DNA from: a virus
Lineage: Duplodnaviria; Caudoviricetes
DNA length: 58,298 bases
Strand: one strand, 5' to 3'
Virus record (IMG/VR): IMGVR_UViG_3300032334_001544
Location: 1-58,298 of that record
Below are positions 46,153-55,379 of the stretch, one piece after another. Every line of letters starts with the position of its first letter. Within the stretch, counting starts at the first letter, position 1. The notes beneath the pieces were generated by a model. It made no database searches. It saw nothing but the letters and a program-made list of their open reading frames with translations, and was not told the DNA's origin. A program made the position numbers and the translations under genes.

Positions 46153-49100
46153 ACCTTGTGTACTATCACGATAGCGGCGGGTGAGCTGGGTGCTGGGCCA
46201 ACGGCGGCAAGGCCTTGTAGATATACATGAGTATCGTCAGCCGACCAGCTTATCTGGTAATAATCGCCATTAGTCACTGCCACATCGATGAATGGTCCTA
46301 CGCCACACACATATCCAGCCACAGAACCCTGTGCTGGTAATGTGAAATAACTGGCTGAGTACGGAATATTGATGCCGTTCTTGCGTATCCAAACCACAGC
46401 ATTGTTTTGTTTGTTCTGTGTGTTCTGGAACTGCAAGCTGTAATCGATCCTGTAAGTTCCTGGATTAGTGAAACGTATCTGGCTGGTGTTGGTGACATAT
46501 ACTCCCAGATTAGCATTAGTGTTAGCCAAGCTGACATTTGCACCCACAGTCAGGTTAGCTTGTACTGTAGTATTATCCCAGAAGCTGCCAAATTGGGTGG
46601 TGTAAGACAATATGTTGGCATTGCTGTAGCTGGTGCCTGTGCCAGTGGGCCCTTGAGCACCGGTTGGACCAGTGATTGTGGACGCTGCTCCTGTGGGACC
46701 ACTTGCCCCAGCAACACCAGTGGGACCGGTTGTGCCATTGCCGCCATTTGAACCAGCCGCACCAGTCGGTCCTGTGACACCTTGGTTTCCTTGAGCACCG
46801 GTGGGACCAGTGACTGTGCTAGCTGCACCGGTGACACCTTGCGGACCTGTGGGACCCGTATGTAATATAGGCAAGTCTGTCAGGTACCTGGCACTGCCCA
46901 GGTAATATGTGGCACTGACATTGCCTGCCACCGATACCCCTGCATCAGTGATTACAGCACGTACATTGTTAGCTTCGGTACCGCCAGTGAAGAAACTTAT
47001 GTGGTTGTCAGTAGTGCTGGTACCTATGGTGAGGTTGCCGCCAGCATTATACAGATAAGCATCGTTGGCACCGCTCAGAGTCCAGCCCACAGCAGTGCCA
47101 TCATAATTGCTGCTGTTGATTCCCATGTCGACAAAATAATTCTCGTCGTTGCCCTGATCGTTAGTGGCTACTATATCCGTAGATGCATTGGTGCCATCAC
47201 TCAGGTTCTGGTTAACTATCTGTTCATAATCATTGACTAATCCAATTGACTGGATGCTGGCATTGGCAAAATTGAAGCCTGTGAAAGCACCACCGAAATG
47301 TGCTCGACCATTGGCAAACAAGTTGCCTGACAGATAAGCATCCGTGGCTATCAGGTGTTCTGTCTGGAATCCAGTGGCATCATCAGTATACCAATAAGGT
47401 CCATGAGGCCCATAAAGACCGTATAGTAGTTTGGTGGAATCTGTACCCAGGTTGGGTCCCAATATGATGCCGCCGCCGCTGATGTCTGCTGGTTGCGTGG
47501 CAGTGTTGCCCAGATAAAGAATGATGCTGTCCAGTGCAGCCGCACCTTGGCTTATGATGTTACCAGCCACGTACAAATTACCTGCGATATAGGCATTGTC
47601 AAATGTGGGACTGTCACCAGGACCGATTTCCTGTGCCAGTTGCAGTCTCAAATTGTTGCTGTAGGGTGTGGCTTCTGACACAGTCAAACTACTGCTCAAA
47701 CTAATTAGGCTGTGGACATCAGTGGTGTCCAGTGCCACATTGCCGGTCTGCCTGGTTTGGTTCTGGATTCCGATGCCGCCCTGGACACTGAACACAGCTG
47801 ATGTCTGATTAAACGCCGTGGTCTGTCTGGTATTGTCAGCAAATGTGATACCGATCTGCGGGTTAAATGTGACAGCGTCTGGTCGTATAAAACTCAATCC
47901 AGTGCTGTCTATCTGTGCGCTGAAGTATCTGGTATATCCGCCAGCATGAGCTGCGTTATAGAATTGCATGGCAGTTGCATGGTTGGCATCTGTGGAATCT
48001 TCTAGTGTAACAAAATCTAGGGTGTGCCCTGCCACTGCACTACCAGTGAATCCGCCAGTATTTTTCCAACTCACTGCACCTATTCTCAGCATGATATCGT
48101 TGGCTTTGCTCTGGGTAGGCGTCTTGGCTGTGCCACGAGCCGATCTGGCAGTGATGGCATTGAATGTGGTGCCGCTGCCAAAGTTGTCCAGATTAAGGCG
48201 TGTGCTGGCATTGCCCCAGAAATCGTTGCCAGTGATGTGCAACATGCCACCGGAATTGGTCACGGGCTGATAACTGCCATCCTGTGATCCGATTATGCTA
48301 AAACCACCTATATCACCAGCATATAGATTGCCAGTATAGATCTGTGTCCTACCAGTGCGGTCCACAGCAAATGCAGGCTTTTCCTGGCTATTCAATACCT
48401 GCAATGGACGATTGATGTTCAGGTTGCCAGTGGCATATCGTGTGCCGATATAGAAATCTTCAGTGGGATTGTTAAGAGCTATGATGTTACTATAAAGTGT
48501 GAACTTGCCCACTGTCAGTCCAGTGCCGCCACCGATATACAGGTTGCCATCACGAGCACCTATGGTCTGATCTGTACCCAAGGTCTCGTCCTGCACATAG
48601 ATAGTGCCAGGACCCACCCACAGATGATGCCAACGACGGAGCGGTGAACCCAGATCATATACATCATTAACATATGGTAAAATACTGCTGCCTGCGATTA
48701 TGTGTGCATTGGCACCTGGCACCAGATCTATGTCTGTATCTGCTAATGTGCTGAGCGTGAGTCCAGAATTTACCACATTTCTACTAGTGTACACTATTAT
48801 ATCAGGTTCAGGTATAACAAACAATCCCTGCAATGTATGGCTGGTAACAACCACATTGGCATTGGCACTGTCAGTGCCTGAAACATTGCCCACGAACAGC
48901 ACAGTGCTGTCTGCAGGCATCCCAGCACCAGTGAGGTGATCGCCTATCTGCAATACTGGTGCAGGTGTGGTGGTAAAACGATAGGCCGTCCAACCCAAAT
49001 CAGCACCTGATATGCCGTTGAGCAGGCCATATTCACCTATATTCAGATTATCTGATGAACTGACGCTGAAGCGATCCACGCTGGCCAATGTGAGATTGGC

Positions 49101-49673
49101 AACAGTAACGGCCACGTTACTGGTACCCTGGAGGATGCTGCCCACTGGTATCATGAGGCCTGGCAAGCTGACTAACCCTGTGCCCATTGGCGCCAATGTG
49201 ATGTCACGGTTATTAATTAATCCACCAATGGTCTGATCATTTATGTACAGGTTACCCAGATCTATCGATCCGTTAAAATTTATCACGGCTGCGCCACCGT
49301 TGGCGAACAGATAATTGTCGCTGTATACCGCGCCAGTGACATGCACATTGGCAAAGGTCACATCATTAAAGGTATTGAGGCTCTGGTCGAAATTATTGAG
49401 AGCAGGACTGCTGTCCACCCAGGTGTTGTCATAAAACACATAGGTGCGGCCACCGTCGGTGTCATACCACAGTTGGCCAGGTTCATCTGTGACAGGTTGA
49501 ACATTACCCATTATGGTGCCAGCCTGGCCGATGATCTTACCACCAGGTACGCCGGTGCCGATCCTCAGGGTATTTGTGTTGGGATCGTACCAGATCCTAT
49601 CTGTTTCACCAACTTTGACACGACCATCCATGTCGTTTCTACGGCTGGTGAAGAAATCCATAATCCATGGCAT
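46149..49673 (-). CDS. tail fibre / receptor-binding protein with collagen-like segment
   Basis: 1174 aa, Gly/Asn/Thr-rich; WYD...LRI.G..PGG N-terminal anchor; GPTG repeats; BclA/C1q-like C-terminal head. Confidence 0.8.
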   Translation of the reverse strand: MPWIMDFFTSRRNDMDGRVKVGETDRIWYDPNTNTLRIGTGVPGGKIIGQAGTIMGNVQPVTDEPGQLWYDTDGGRTYVFYDNTWVDSSPALNNFDQSLNTFNDVTFANVHVTGAVYSDNYLFANGGAAVINFNGSIDLGNLYINDQTIGGLINNRDITLAPMGTGLVSLPGLMIPVGSILQGTSNVAVTVANLTLASVDRFSVSSSDNLNIGEYGLLNGISGADLGWTAYRFTTTPAPVLQIGDHLTGAGMPADSTVLFVGNVSGTDSANANVVVTSHTLQGLFVIPEPDIIVYTSRNVVNSGLTLSTLADTDIDLVPGANAHIIAGSSILPYVNDVYDLGSPLRRWHHLWVGPGTIYVQDETLGTDQTIGARDGNLYIGGGTGLTVGKFTLYSNIIALNNPTEDFYIGTRYATGNLNINRPLQVLNSQEKPAFAVDRTGRTQIYTGNLYAGDIGGFSIIGSQDGSYQPVTNSGGMLHITGNDFWGNASTRLNLDNFGSGTTFNAITARSARGTAKTPTQSKANDIMLRIGAVSWKNTGGFTGSAVAGHTLDFVTLEDSTDANHATAMQFYNAAHAGGYTRYFSAQIDSTGLSFIRPDAVTFNPQIGITFADNTRQTTAFNQTSAVFSVQGGIGIQNQTRQTGNVALDTTDVHSLISLSSSLTVSEATPYSNNLRLQLAQEIGPGDSPTFDNAYIAGNLYVAGNIISQGAAALDSIILYLGNTATQPADISGGGIILGPNLGTDSTKLLYGLYGPHGPYWYTDDATGFQTEHLIATDAYLSGNLFANGRAHFGGAFTGFNFANASIQSIGLVNDYEQIVNQNLSDGTNASTDIVATNDQGNDENYFVDMGINSSNYDGTAVGWTLSGANDAYLYNAGGNLTIGTSTTDNHISFFTGGTEANNVRAVITDAGVSVAGNVSATYYLGSARYLTDLPILHTGPTGPQGVTGAASTVTGPTGAQGNQGVTGPTGAAGSNGGNGTTGPTGVAGASGPTGAASTITGPTGAQGPTGTGTSYSNANILSYTTQFGSFWDNTTVQANLTVGANVSLANTNANLGVYVTNTSQIRFTNPGTYRIDYSLQFQNTQNKQNNAVVWIRKNGINIPYSASYFTLPAQGSVAGYVCGVGPFIDVAVTNGDYYQISWSADDTHVYLQGLAAVGPAPSSPAAIVIVHKV
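46640..46860 (-). repeat. collagen-like Gly-X-Y (GPTG) coding repeats
   Basis: [10 protein letters not shown]...[10 protein letters not shown]. Confidence 0.85.
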
Positions 49674-49679
49674 ATTGTA

Positions 49680-50051
49680 TTACCCCGCTGGTGATTGGCC
49701 AGCTTGCATGGCTACCTGTAGTCTAGCCCTATCTGATGTTGGTCTTTGTTGTTTTGGGGCATCTGTTTCATCGAACACACTGGCCACGCCAGCTGCACGT
49801 TTAAGCAATTCCAGCTGTTGCTGCAATGGTCCCACCATCATGTCTGTCTCTGCATCCACAGGACCTGCATCCACAGGCTTGACACCCGTGGCAAGTTCTG
49901 GTTGGCTCACAGGATCTGTCGCCATCATAGGTTCTGCTGTGGCCATCTCAGGTTGCGCACCCACTTGGTCAGGGCCAGGCATCTCATCAGGTTGCAGATC
50001 GTCCAGGTTTAAGGTGATGGGTATTTTAACAATGAATTCTCTGGCTCTCAT
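49680..50051 (-). CDS. putative virion protein
   Basis: MRAREF N-terminus; PLQQQLELLK motif. Confidence 0.55.
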   Translation of the reverse strand: MRAREFIVKIPITLNLDDLQPDEMPGPDQVGAQPEMATAEPMMATDPVSQPELATGVKPVDAGPVDAETDMMVGPLQQQLELLKRAAGVASVFDETDAPKQQRPTSDRARLQVAMQAGQSPAG

Positions 50052-50087
50052 ATCTGATCCTTTACCTGATAGAATTATTTATCTATA

Positions 50088-50687
50088 TTAAAAGATCATA
50101 CTCGCCAAACGCCATCCGTCATTGTATATCAGGTGTACCACACCGCCATCGATGCTGATTATGGCTCCATCTATGTCACTATCTATGGTGCCTCTGATGT
50201 GTATGTTATTGATACTGGCCAATTGGCTTTGATCTTTTATCACTAACTTCTTGCCATTGCTCATGGCAACCAATACTATATCCACACTGCCTGGATAGTT
50301 CACACCTATGTAATAGTCTGAGCTATTGCAGGTGTAACTACCAGATGTAACCAGCCTGGTTGCACTGTAATCACCTCCAGCAGGCCCAGTGGGGCCAACC
50401 AGTGCTGGGCTGCTGTCCACCCAGGTGTTGGCATAGAACACATACATCCTGCCGCCGTTGGTGTCATACCACATGCTGCCAGACTGGCTAGTCACAGGCT
50501 GTGTATTGCCCACGACCACACCACCACTGCTGGTGATGGGTTTGCCACCAGGTGTGATGCCATCGCTTATCCGCAGGCTGTTGGAATCACTGTCATACCA
50601 GATGTGGTATAATTCACCCAGATGGGATCTGCCCTGACCAGGTTTGAAGTCTTTGTAACTGCTAAAGAGTTTCTGGATGAATGGCAT
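50088..50687 (-). CDS. short fibre-like protein paralogous to the N-terminus of the 1174-aa fibre
   Basis: Shared WYD...LRI..G..PGGK and GNxQPVT...[21 protein letters not shown]. Confidence 0.7.
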   Translation of the reverse strand: MPFIQKLFSSYKDFKPGQGRSHLGELYHIWYDSDSNSLRISDGITPGGKPITSSGGVVVGNTQPVTSQSGSMWYDTNGGRMYVFYANTWVDSSPALVGPTGPAGGDYSATRLVTSGSYTCNSSDYYIGVNYPGSVDIVLVAMSNGKKLVIKDQSQLASINNIHIRGTIDSDIDGAIISIDGGVVHLIYNDGWRLASMIF

Positions 50688-50690
50688 GGG

Positions 50691-50996
50691 TCACCCCATG
50701 GGCATCTGAGAGACTGTGGTTATGGCACCAGTGGCAGGTTGGTTCTTGTTGGCTCCGGATTTTACCGTGTCCAACATCTGTTGTAGTGGAGGAGTCCAGA
50801 TCACGTTGCCTTCGCTGTCATAATTCTCACTGGGATCGGTACCATCATCTGCCTGTGGTTCAGGCGCATTGGCAGCAGCATTAGTGATATTGACCACCAC
50901 AGGTGGCTGGGCTGGTTGAGCAGCGGGGCTTGGTTGTTGACCCATCTGTTGAACTATGGCTGATGCTAATTGTGTGATGAATTCGTGGGCTCTCAA
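50691..50996 (-). CDS. putative virion protein, paralog of 49680..50051
   Basis: TTG start, RAHEF and PLQQML motifs; TATAAATA box upstream. Confidence 0.55.
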   Translation of the reverse strand: MRAHEFITQLASAIVQQMGQQPSPAAQPAQPPVVVNITNAAANAPEPQADDGTDPSENYDSEGNVIWTPPLQQMLDTVKSGANKNQPATGAITTVSQMPMG

Positions 50997-51118
50997 TTAC
51001 CTGCTCCTCAGATTATATTTATACGTGTGGACAAGGGTTAGATAAAGAGCAGATATGGCTTGACACCACACAGACGTGTAGTATAGTCGTGATGTAACAG
51101 AGACAAGGAGGACGGACC

Positions 51119-51502
51119 TTGTTACCAGTACCTTATCTGCCTGCACAAGTGCAGCGATACTTCCATGAGTATCACGATTACGAATACTTTCCACAGCCAG
51201 AGTTCGTGGAAGCTAGAGAATATACTGTGATAAATCCTGCAGAAGTCAAAGCCCGGATCCTGGACTATCTGGGACAAGTGCTGGCCAGATGCTGGTGTAA
51301 CTCAGAGCTGATGGATCTGCTCAAACAGAACCCACATGAATGCCTGTTGCAACTGGGCATAATCCTTCCTGAGGAACTGAACATCCTGGTGGAAGAACGC
51401 AAGAACAATCCCAATAGGCCCAGGCTGGTTGTGTATGAGAAGTCAGGCACAATGACCAAACGTGTTTGTAGCCTGCAACTGATGATGACAGCAGGCAGGT
51501 AG
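51119..51502 (+). CDS. NHLP-leader / nitrile hydratase alpha N-terminal-like protein
   Basis: QVLARCW.N.EL...L.QNP..CL..LGI.LPE.L.I.VEE; TTG start with AAGGAGG RBS; TTGACA promoter at 51061. Confidence 0.5.
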   Translation: MLPVPYLPAQVQRYFHEYHDYEYFPQPEFVEAREYTVINPAEVKARILDYLGQVLARCWCNSELMDLLKQNPHECLLQLGIILPEELNILVEERKNNPNRPRLVVYEKSGTMTKRVCSLQLMMTAGR

Positions 51503-51537
51503 TTTCTGCATATCAGATGTCACAGAAGAAATGTCTT

Positions 51538-51571
51538 TTGTAATATGATTGTAACATTCGTAATTTATAAT
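51538..51571 (+). promoter_or_regulatory. Pho box promoter
   Basis: TTGTAAT-ATGA-TTGTAAC (11-bp period) ending exactly 10 nt before a perfect TATAAT; no TTGACA. Confidence 0.7.
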
Positions 51572-51599
51572 ACCTTAAGTAAACGAAGAGATATAATCA

Positions 51600-52502
51600 A
51601 TGCAACCATTTCCAGATTTCAAATTCATGATCAATACACTTAACCGCGACCTAGAGAACAGTGTATTTGCACATATACCATTTGCCATACCAAAAAGTTA
51701 TACTGTGGCACTAGGCCAGATAGGCGATTTAGAAATCAGATTGGCACAAACACGCAAAGAAGTCAAACAGGCACAAAAACTTCGCTATCAGATATTCCAC
51801 AAAGAACAGGGTGCCATTGCCAGTTTGGAATGTATGCTGAAGCAAAGAGATATAGATCCCTATGACGCATATTGTGATCATTTGCTGGTAGTGGATACCA
51901 AATATCCCAGAAAGAAGGTGCCAGGCGTAAAACAGTCATACAAAGAAAAAGTAGTGGGCACATACCGCCTACTCAGACAAGATATAGCAGATAAGCATGT
52001 GGGCTTCTACAGCCAAGCAGAATTTGATGTAGACAGCCTCATCCAGCGACACCCAGGCAAGCGTTTCTTAGAGCTAGGGCGTAGCTGCGTTGATAAAGCA
52101 TACCGCGACAAACGCACAATAGAACTATTGTGGCGTGGCATCTGGTGGTATGTGACAGAACATAAGATAGATGCCATGTTCGGCTGTGCCAGCTTTGAAG
52201 GCACAGACATAAAAAAACTATCTCAGCAACTGAGCTTGCTACAAGATGTTGCCAGTGCTGCACCTGAATGGCAAACATCTGCACATCATTCAGATTTTGA
52301 CACATCAGATAAAATTACATATAATGATGCCAAGAAGGTGTTGCACCAGTTGCCCACCTTGATAAAAGGTTACATGCGCTGTGGTGCCAGATTCGGCACT
52401 GGTGCTGTTATAGATCGTGAATTCAATACCACAGATGTTCTGGTTTTGTTGCCTGTCACAGACATAACTCCTAGATATCGTGAACACTTTACCATGAATT
52501 AA
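51600..52502 (+). CDS. olsB: L-ornithine N-acyltransferase (ornithine lipid synthesis, GNAT)
   Basis: AQKLRYQIF, D.D.YD..CDHLLV.D, VVGTYRLL, FYSQ.EFD, ELGRSCV, FGCASF, LP.LIKGY.R.GA, D..FNT.DV. Confidence 0.8.
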   Translation: MQPFPDFKFMINTLNRDLENSVFAHIPFAIPKSYTVALGQIGDLEIRLAQTRKEVKQAQKLRYQIFHKEQGAIASLECMLKQRDIDPYDAYCDHLLVVDTKYPRKKVPGVKQSYKEKVVGTYRLLRQDIADKHVGFYSQAEFDVDSLIQRHPGKRFLELGRSCVDKAYRDKRTIELLWRGIWWYVTEHKIDAMFGCASFEGTDIKKLSQQLSLLQDVASAAPEWQTSAHHSDFDTSDKITYNDAKKVLHQLPTLIKGYMRCGARFGTGAVIDREFNTTDVLVLLPVTDITPRYREHFTMN

Positions 52503-52521
52503 GCAAACAAAGGAGTCAACA

Positions 52522-53439
52522 ATGCTTAAACGGATTGCAATAGCACTAGCCGGACTACTAACTGCGACTGCTGTAAATGCAGCAGATATTTCAGGAGCAG
52601 GGGCAACATTCCCTTTCCCCATCTATGCTAAGTGGGCAGATGCCTACAAGACAGAAACTGGCAATAGCCTTAATTATCAGAGCATAGGTTCAGGTGCTGG
52701 TATCAAACAAATTATAGCCAAAACTGTAACATTTGGTGCATCAGATATGCCACTGGATCAGAAGGAATTGGACAAGCACGGTCTAGTGCAATTTCCCACA
52801 GTGATTGGCGGCAATGTCATTGTTGTTAATATTGATGGCGTTGCAGCAGGTGAATTGGAATTAGATGGTGCTACTGTGGCAGATATCTACTTGGGCAAGA
52901 TTACCAAATGGTCAGATGCTAAAATTGCCGCACAGAATCCTAAAGTGAAACTACCAGATACTGCCATTACTGTGGTCCGTCGTAGTGACGGATCAGGCAC
53001 CACATATGTGTTTACCAAATATCTCAGTGAAGTCAGCAAGGATTGGGCAGACAAGATTGGATCAGGCACAGCAGTGGAATGGCCAGTGGGCGTTGGTGCC
53101 AAAGGCAATGACGGGGTAGCAGGCAATGTCAAGATGACCAAGAACAGCATCGGCTATGTGGAATATGCTTATGCCAAACAGAACAGTCTGGCACATACCA
53201 CCATTGGTGGCAAGCAACCAGGAAAAGCAACATTCCAAGACAACAGCTGGCCCATCACTGCACCCACATACATCATCATGTACAAGCAACCAGCAGATGC
53301 TAATGCCAGCCGAGAAGCCTTGAAGTTCTTTGAATGGGCTTATGCCAAGGGGGATGCCATGGCAGATGCACTGGATTATGTGCCACTGGATAGCAAGCAA
53401 AAGTCAGCAGTAAAAGAGATCTGGACGGCCATTAAGTAA
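52522..53439 (+). CDS. pstS: phosphate-binding protein PstS
   Basis: Signal peptide, GAGATFP, YQSIGSGAG, FGASD, RSDGSGTT, GKGN-like loop, IGYVEYAYA. Confidence 0.95.
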   Translation: MLKRIAIALAGLLTATAVNAADISGAGATFPFPIYAKWADAYKTETGNSLNYQSIGSGAGIKQIIAKTVTFGASDMPLDQKELDKHGLVQFPTVIGGNVIVVNIDGVAAGELELDGATVADIYLGKITKWSDAKIAAQNPKVKLPDTAITVVRRSDGSGTTYVFTKYLSEVSKDWADKIGSGTAVEWPVGVGAKGNDGVAGNVKMTKNSIGYVEYAYAKQNSLAHTTIGGKQPGKATFQDNSWPITAPTYIIMYKQPADANASREALKFFEWAYAKGDAMADALDYVPLDSKQKSAVKEIWTAIK

Positions 53440-53445
53440 GTTTGC

Positions 53446-54219
53446 ATGGCACAATATCATTCAGTCTTTATCAGCGATGTTCATTTGGGTACCAAAGGCA
53501 GCAAAGCTGAACTATTAGTGGCATTCCTCCGTGAGGTGGAATGCCATAATCTATTCCTGGTGGGCGACATATTCGATGGTTGGCGACTTAAAAAGAACTG
53601 GTACTGGAACGAACATCACAGCACCGTGGTACAGAAGGTGCTCAGGATGGCCCGTAAAGGCACAAAGGTATATTATATTCCTGGCAATCATGACGAGTTC
53701 ATGCGTGAATTCCTGGAATATAATTTCGGCAGCATAGAACTACACAACGAAATGACCTATACAGGTGTCAATAAAAAACAATATATTGTCATACATGGTG
53801 ACAAATTTGACTTTGTCACACTCAACATGAAATGGCTGGCACACATAGGTGACCAGGGCTATACGCTGTTGCTAAACCTCAACACTGTGTTACACTGGAT
53901 CATGGCCAAACTCAAATTGCCTTATTGGAGCCTGAGCAAATGGGCCAAGAGCCAGGTCAAACAAGCAGTTAATTTCGTAGGCGATTATGAGGCCAGCTTG
54001 GTAAATTATGCCAGGATCAAACATGCAGATGGCATCATATGCGGTCACATACACAGTGCCAACATCAGTACAATTAATCACATTGAATATATGAATTCCG
54101 GCGATTGGGTTGAGAGTTGCACAGCCTTAGTTGAGCACACCGATGGTCTCTGGGAAATAATTACATGGACAGCAAATGAAGATAACACTAGTAACAGACA
54201 CATGGACACCCAGCATTAA
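53446..54219 (+). CDS. plcP: PlcP-type intracellular phospholipase C (LpxH-like metallophosphoesterase)
   Basis: FISDVHLG, LVGDIFDGW, GNHDE, HGD.FD, WSLS, CGHIH, YMNSGDWVESCTALVE; adjacent GT4 gene. Confidence 0.75.
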   Translation: MAQYHSVFISDVHLGTKGSKAELLVAFLREVECHNLFLVGDIFDGWRLKKNWYWNEHHSTVVQKVLRMARKGTKVYYIPGNHDEFMREFLEYNFGSIELHNEMTYTGVNKKQYIVIHGDKFDFVTLNMKWLAHIGDQGYTLLLNLNTVLHWIMAKLKLPYWSLSKWAKSQVKQAVNFVGDYEASLVNYARIKHADGIICGHIHSANISTINHIEYMNSGDWVESCTALVEHTDGLWEIITWTANEDNTSNRHMDTQH

Positions 54220-55186
54220 TGGTGTTGTAACAACATTAGTTAATACAGTGGAACACCTGCAACAATTAGGACATGATGTCCAGATCATAGAACCTGGACA
54301 GTTTTGCACTGTGGGATTGCCAGGCTATCAGGAAGTCAGATTAAGTTGGGACATCTGGCGTGTGGGTAAACTGATAGCACAGTTTGATCCTGATGCCATA
54401 CATATTGCCACTGAAGGACCACTGGGGCTAGCTGCCAGATGGTATTGCAAGGTGGACAAACGAAGTATACCACATAACACCAGCTACCATACAAAGTTTC
54501 CTGAATACATGAGCCATCATTATAAGATTCCAGAATCATGGAGCTATTGGTGGATGCGTGTGTTTCACAAGTTCAGCACAAAAGTGTTGGTGACTAATCA
54601 GGACATGCAGGCAGATCTCACACAGCGTGGTTTCCAGAACTTGGCCATATGGAATCGTGGTGTCAATCGCGACCTGTTTAATCCCCAGAGACGCAAGAGA
54701 ACCAGCTATCAGGGACCTATTATACTCTGTGTGAGCCGTGTGAGTAAAGAAAAGGGACTGGAGGACTTTTGCAACCTGCAGGTAAAAGGCACCAAAGTTC
54801 TAGTAGGTGATGGCCCCATACTTGCAGAACTGAAAAGAAAATATCCAGATGTCATATTCACAGGTGCCAAGACAGGCACTGCATTGGCTGAATATTATGC
54901 TGCTGCTGATGTATTCGTGTTTCCCAGCAAGACCGATACATTTGGTGTTGTCATTTTGGAAAGCATCGCATCAGGTACACCAGTAGCTGCTTATCCTGTT
55001 ACAGGCCCCAGAGATGTTGTTATAAATGATGTCAACGGGTATATGGATGACGATTTGACAACTGCGGTTAAACGTGCTATTGTCTGTGATAGAATCCAGG
55101 TAAGGCACAGCAGTGAGCAATATGACTGGGCAGCTTGTACAGAAACTTTTATAAAAAACCTGAAAATAATTGAAAAAAACAATTGA
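54176..55186 (+). CDS. GT4 glycosyltransferase, Agt-like glycosyl-diacylglycerol synthase
   Basis: TD.W.P.INGVV.TL, HIATEGPLG, YHTKFPEY, W.RGV, ADVFVFPSKTDTFG.V.LE..ASGTPVAAYPV.GP; overlaps plcP. Confidence 0.75.
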   Translation: MKITLVTDTWTPSINGVVTTLVNTVEHLQQLGHDVQIIEPGQFCTVGLPGYQEVRLSWDIWRVGKLIAQFDPDAIHIATEGPLGLAARWYCKVDKRSIPHNTSYHTKFPEYMSHHYKIPESWSYWWMRVFHKFSTKVLVTNQDMQADLTQRGFQNLAIWNRGVNRDLFNPQRRKRTSYQGPIILCVSRVSKEKGLEDFCNLQVKGTKVLVGDGPILAELKRKYPDVIFTGAKTGTALAEYYAAADVFVFPSKTDTFGVVILESIASGTPVAAYPVTGPRDVVINDVNGYMDDDLTTAVKRAIVCDRIQVRHSSEQYDWAACTETFIKNLKIIEKNN

Positions 55187-55212
55187 CAGATGTTGTCAGT
55201 AGTGTATAAATA
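55183..55212 (+). promoter_or_regulatory. promoter of the RNA cluster (sigma70-like plus late TATAAATA)
   Basis: TTGACA-N16-TATAAATA. Confidence 0.7.
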
Positions 55213-55242
55213 TATAGTAAGTTAAACAAACGGAACGAAGAA

Positions 55243-55320
55243 ATGTTTATGTCTCAAGAACCGAACCAGAATATTTGCAATTGGTATGCCCGTCATACCT
55301 CAGGGGTCCTTGTGGCATGA
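55243..55320 (+). CDS. putative attenuator leader peptide, 25 aa
   Basis: MFMSQEPNQNICNWYARHTSGVLVA; its 3' end forms the 5' arm of an antiterminator. Confidence 0.5.
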   Translation: MFMSQEPNQNICNWYARHTSGVLVA

Positions 55321-55346
55321 TGTGAACGCACATCATCGTGATACAA

Positions 55347-55375
55347 GAACCCCGGTGTCGAACCCGGGGTTTTTT
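55347..55375 (+). terminator. intrinsic terminator (attenuator)
   Basis: AACCCCGG/CCGGGGTT stem plus TTTTT. Confidence 0.8.
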
Positions 55376-55379
55376 CATG

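Noticed and set aside
49400-50480. Diversity-generating retroelement TR/VR pair in the fibre genes
   Set aside because: Differences are not adenine-specific, both copies lie in N-terminal coding regions, and no reverse transcriptase is present
53446-54219. Lipid A enzyme LpxH
   Set aside because: Same fold, but GNHDE rather than GNRD, the GDWVES motif, and the GT4/PstS/Pho-box context favour PlcP; not formally excluded without a phylogeny
51600-55186. Host chromosomal DNA flanking a prophage
   Set aside because: No integrase or att site, pstS lacks pstCAB, and phage-type promoters, tRNAs and a paralog of an early-region gene continue on the far side; read-level confirmation is still advisable
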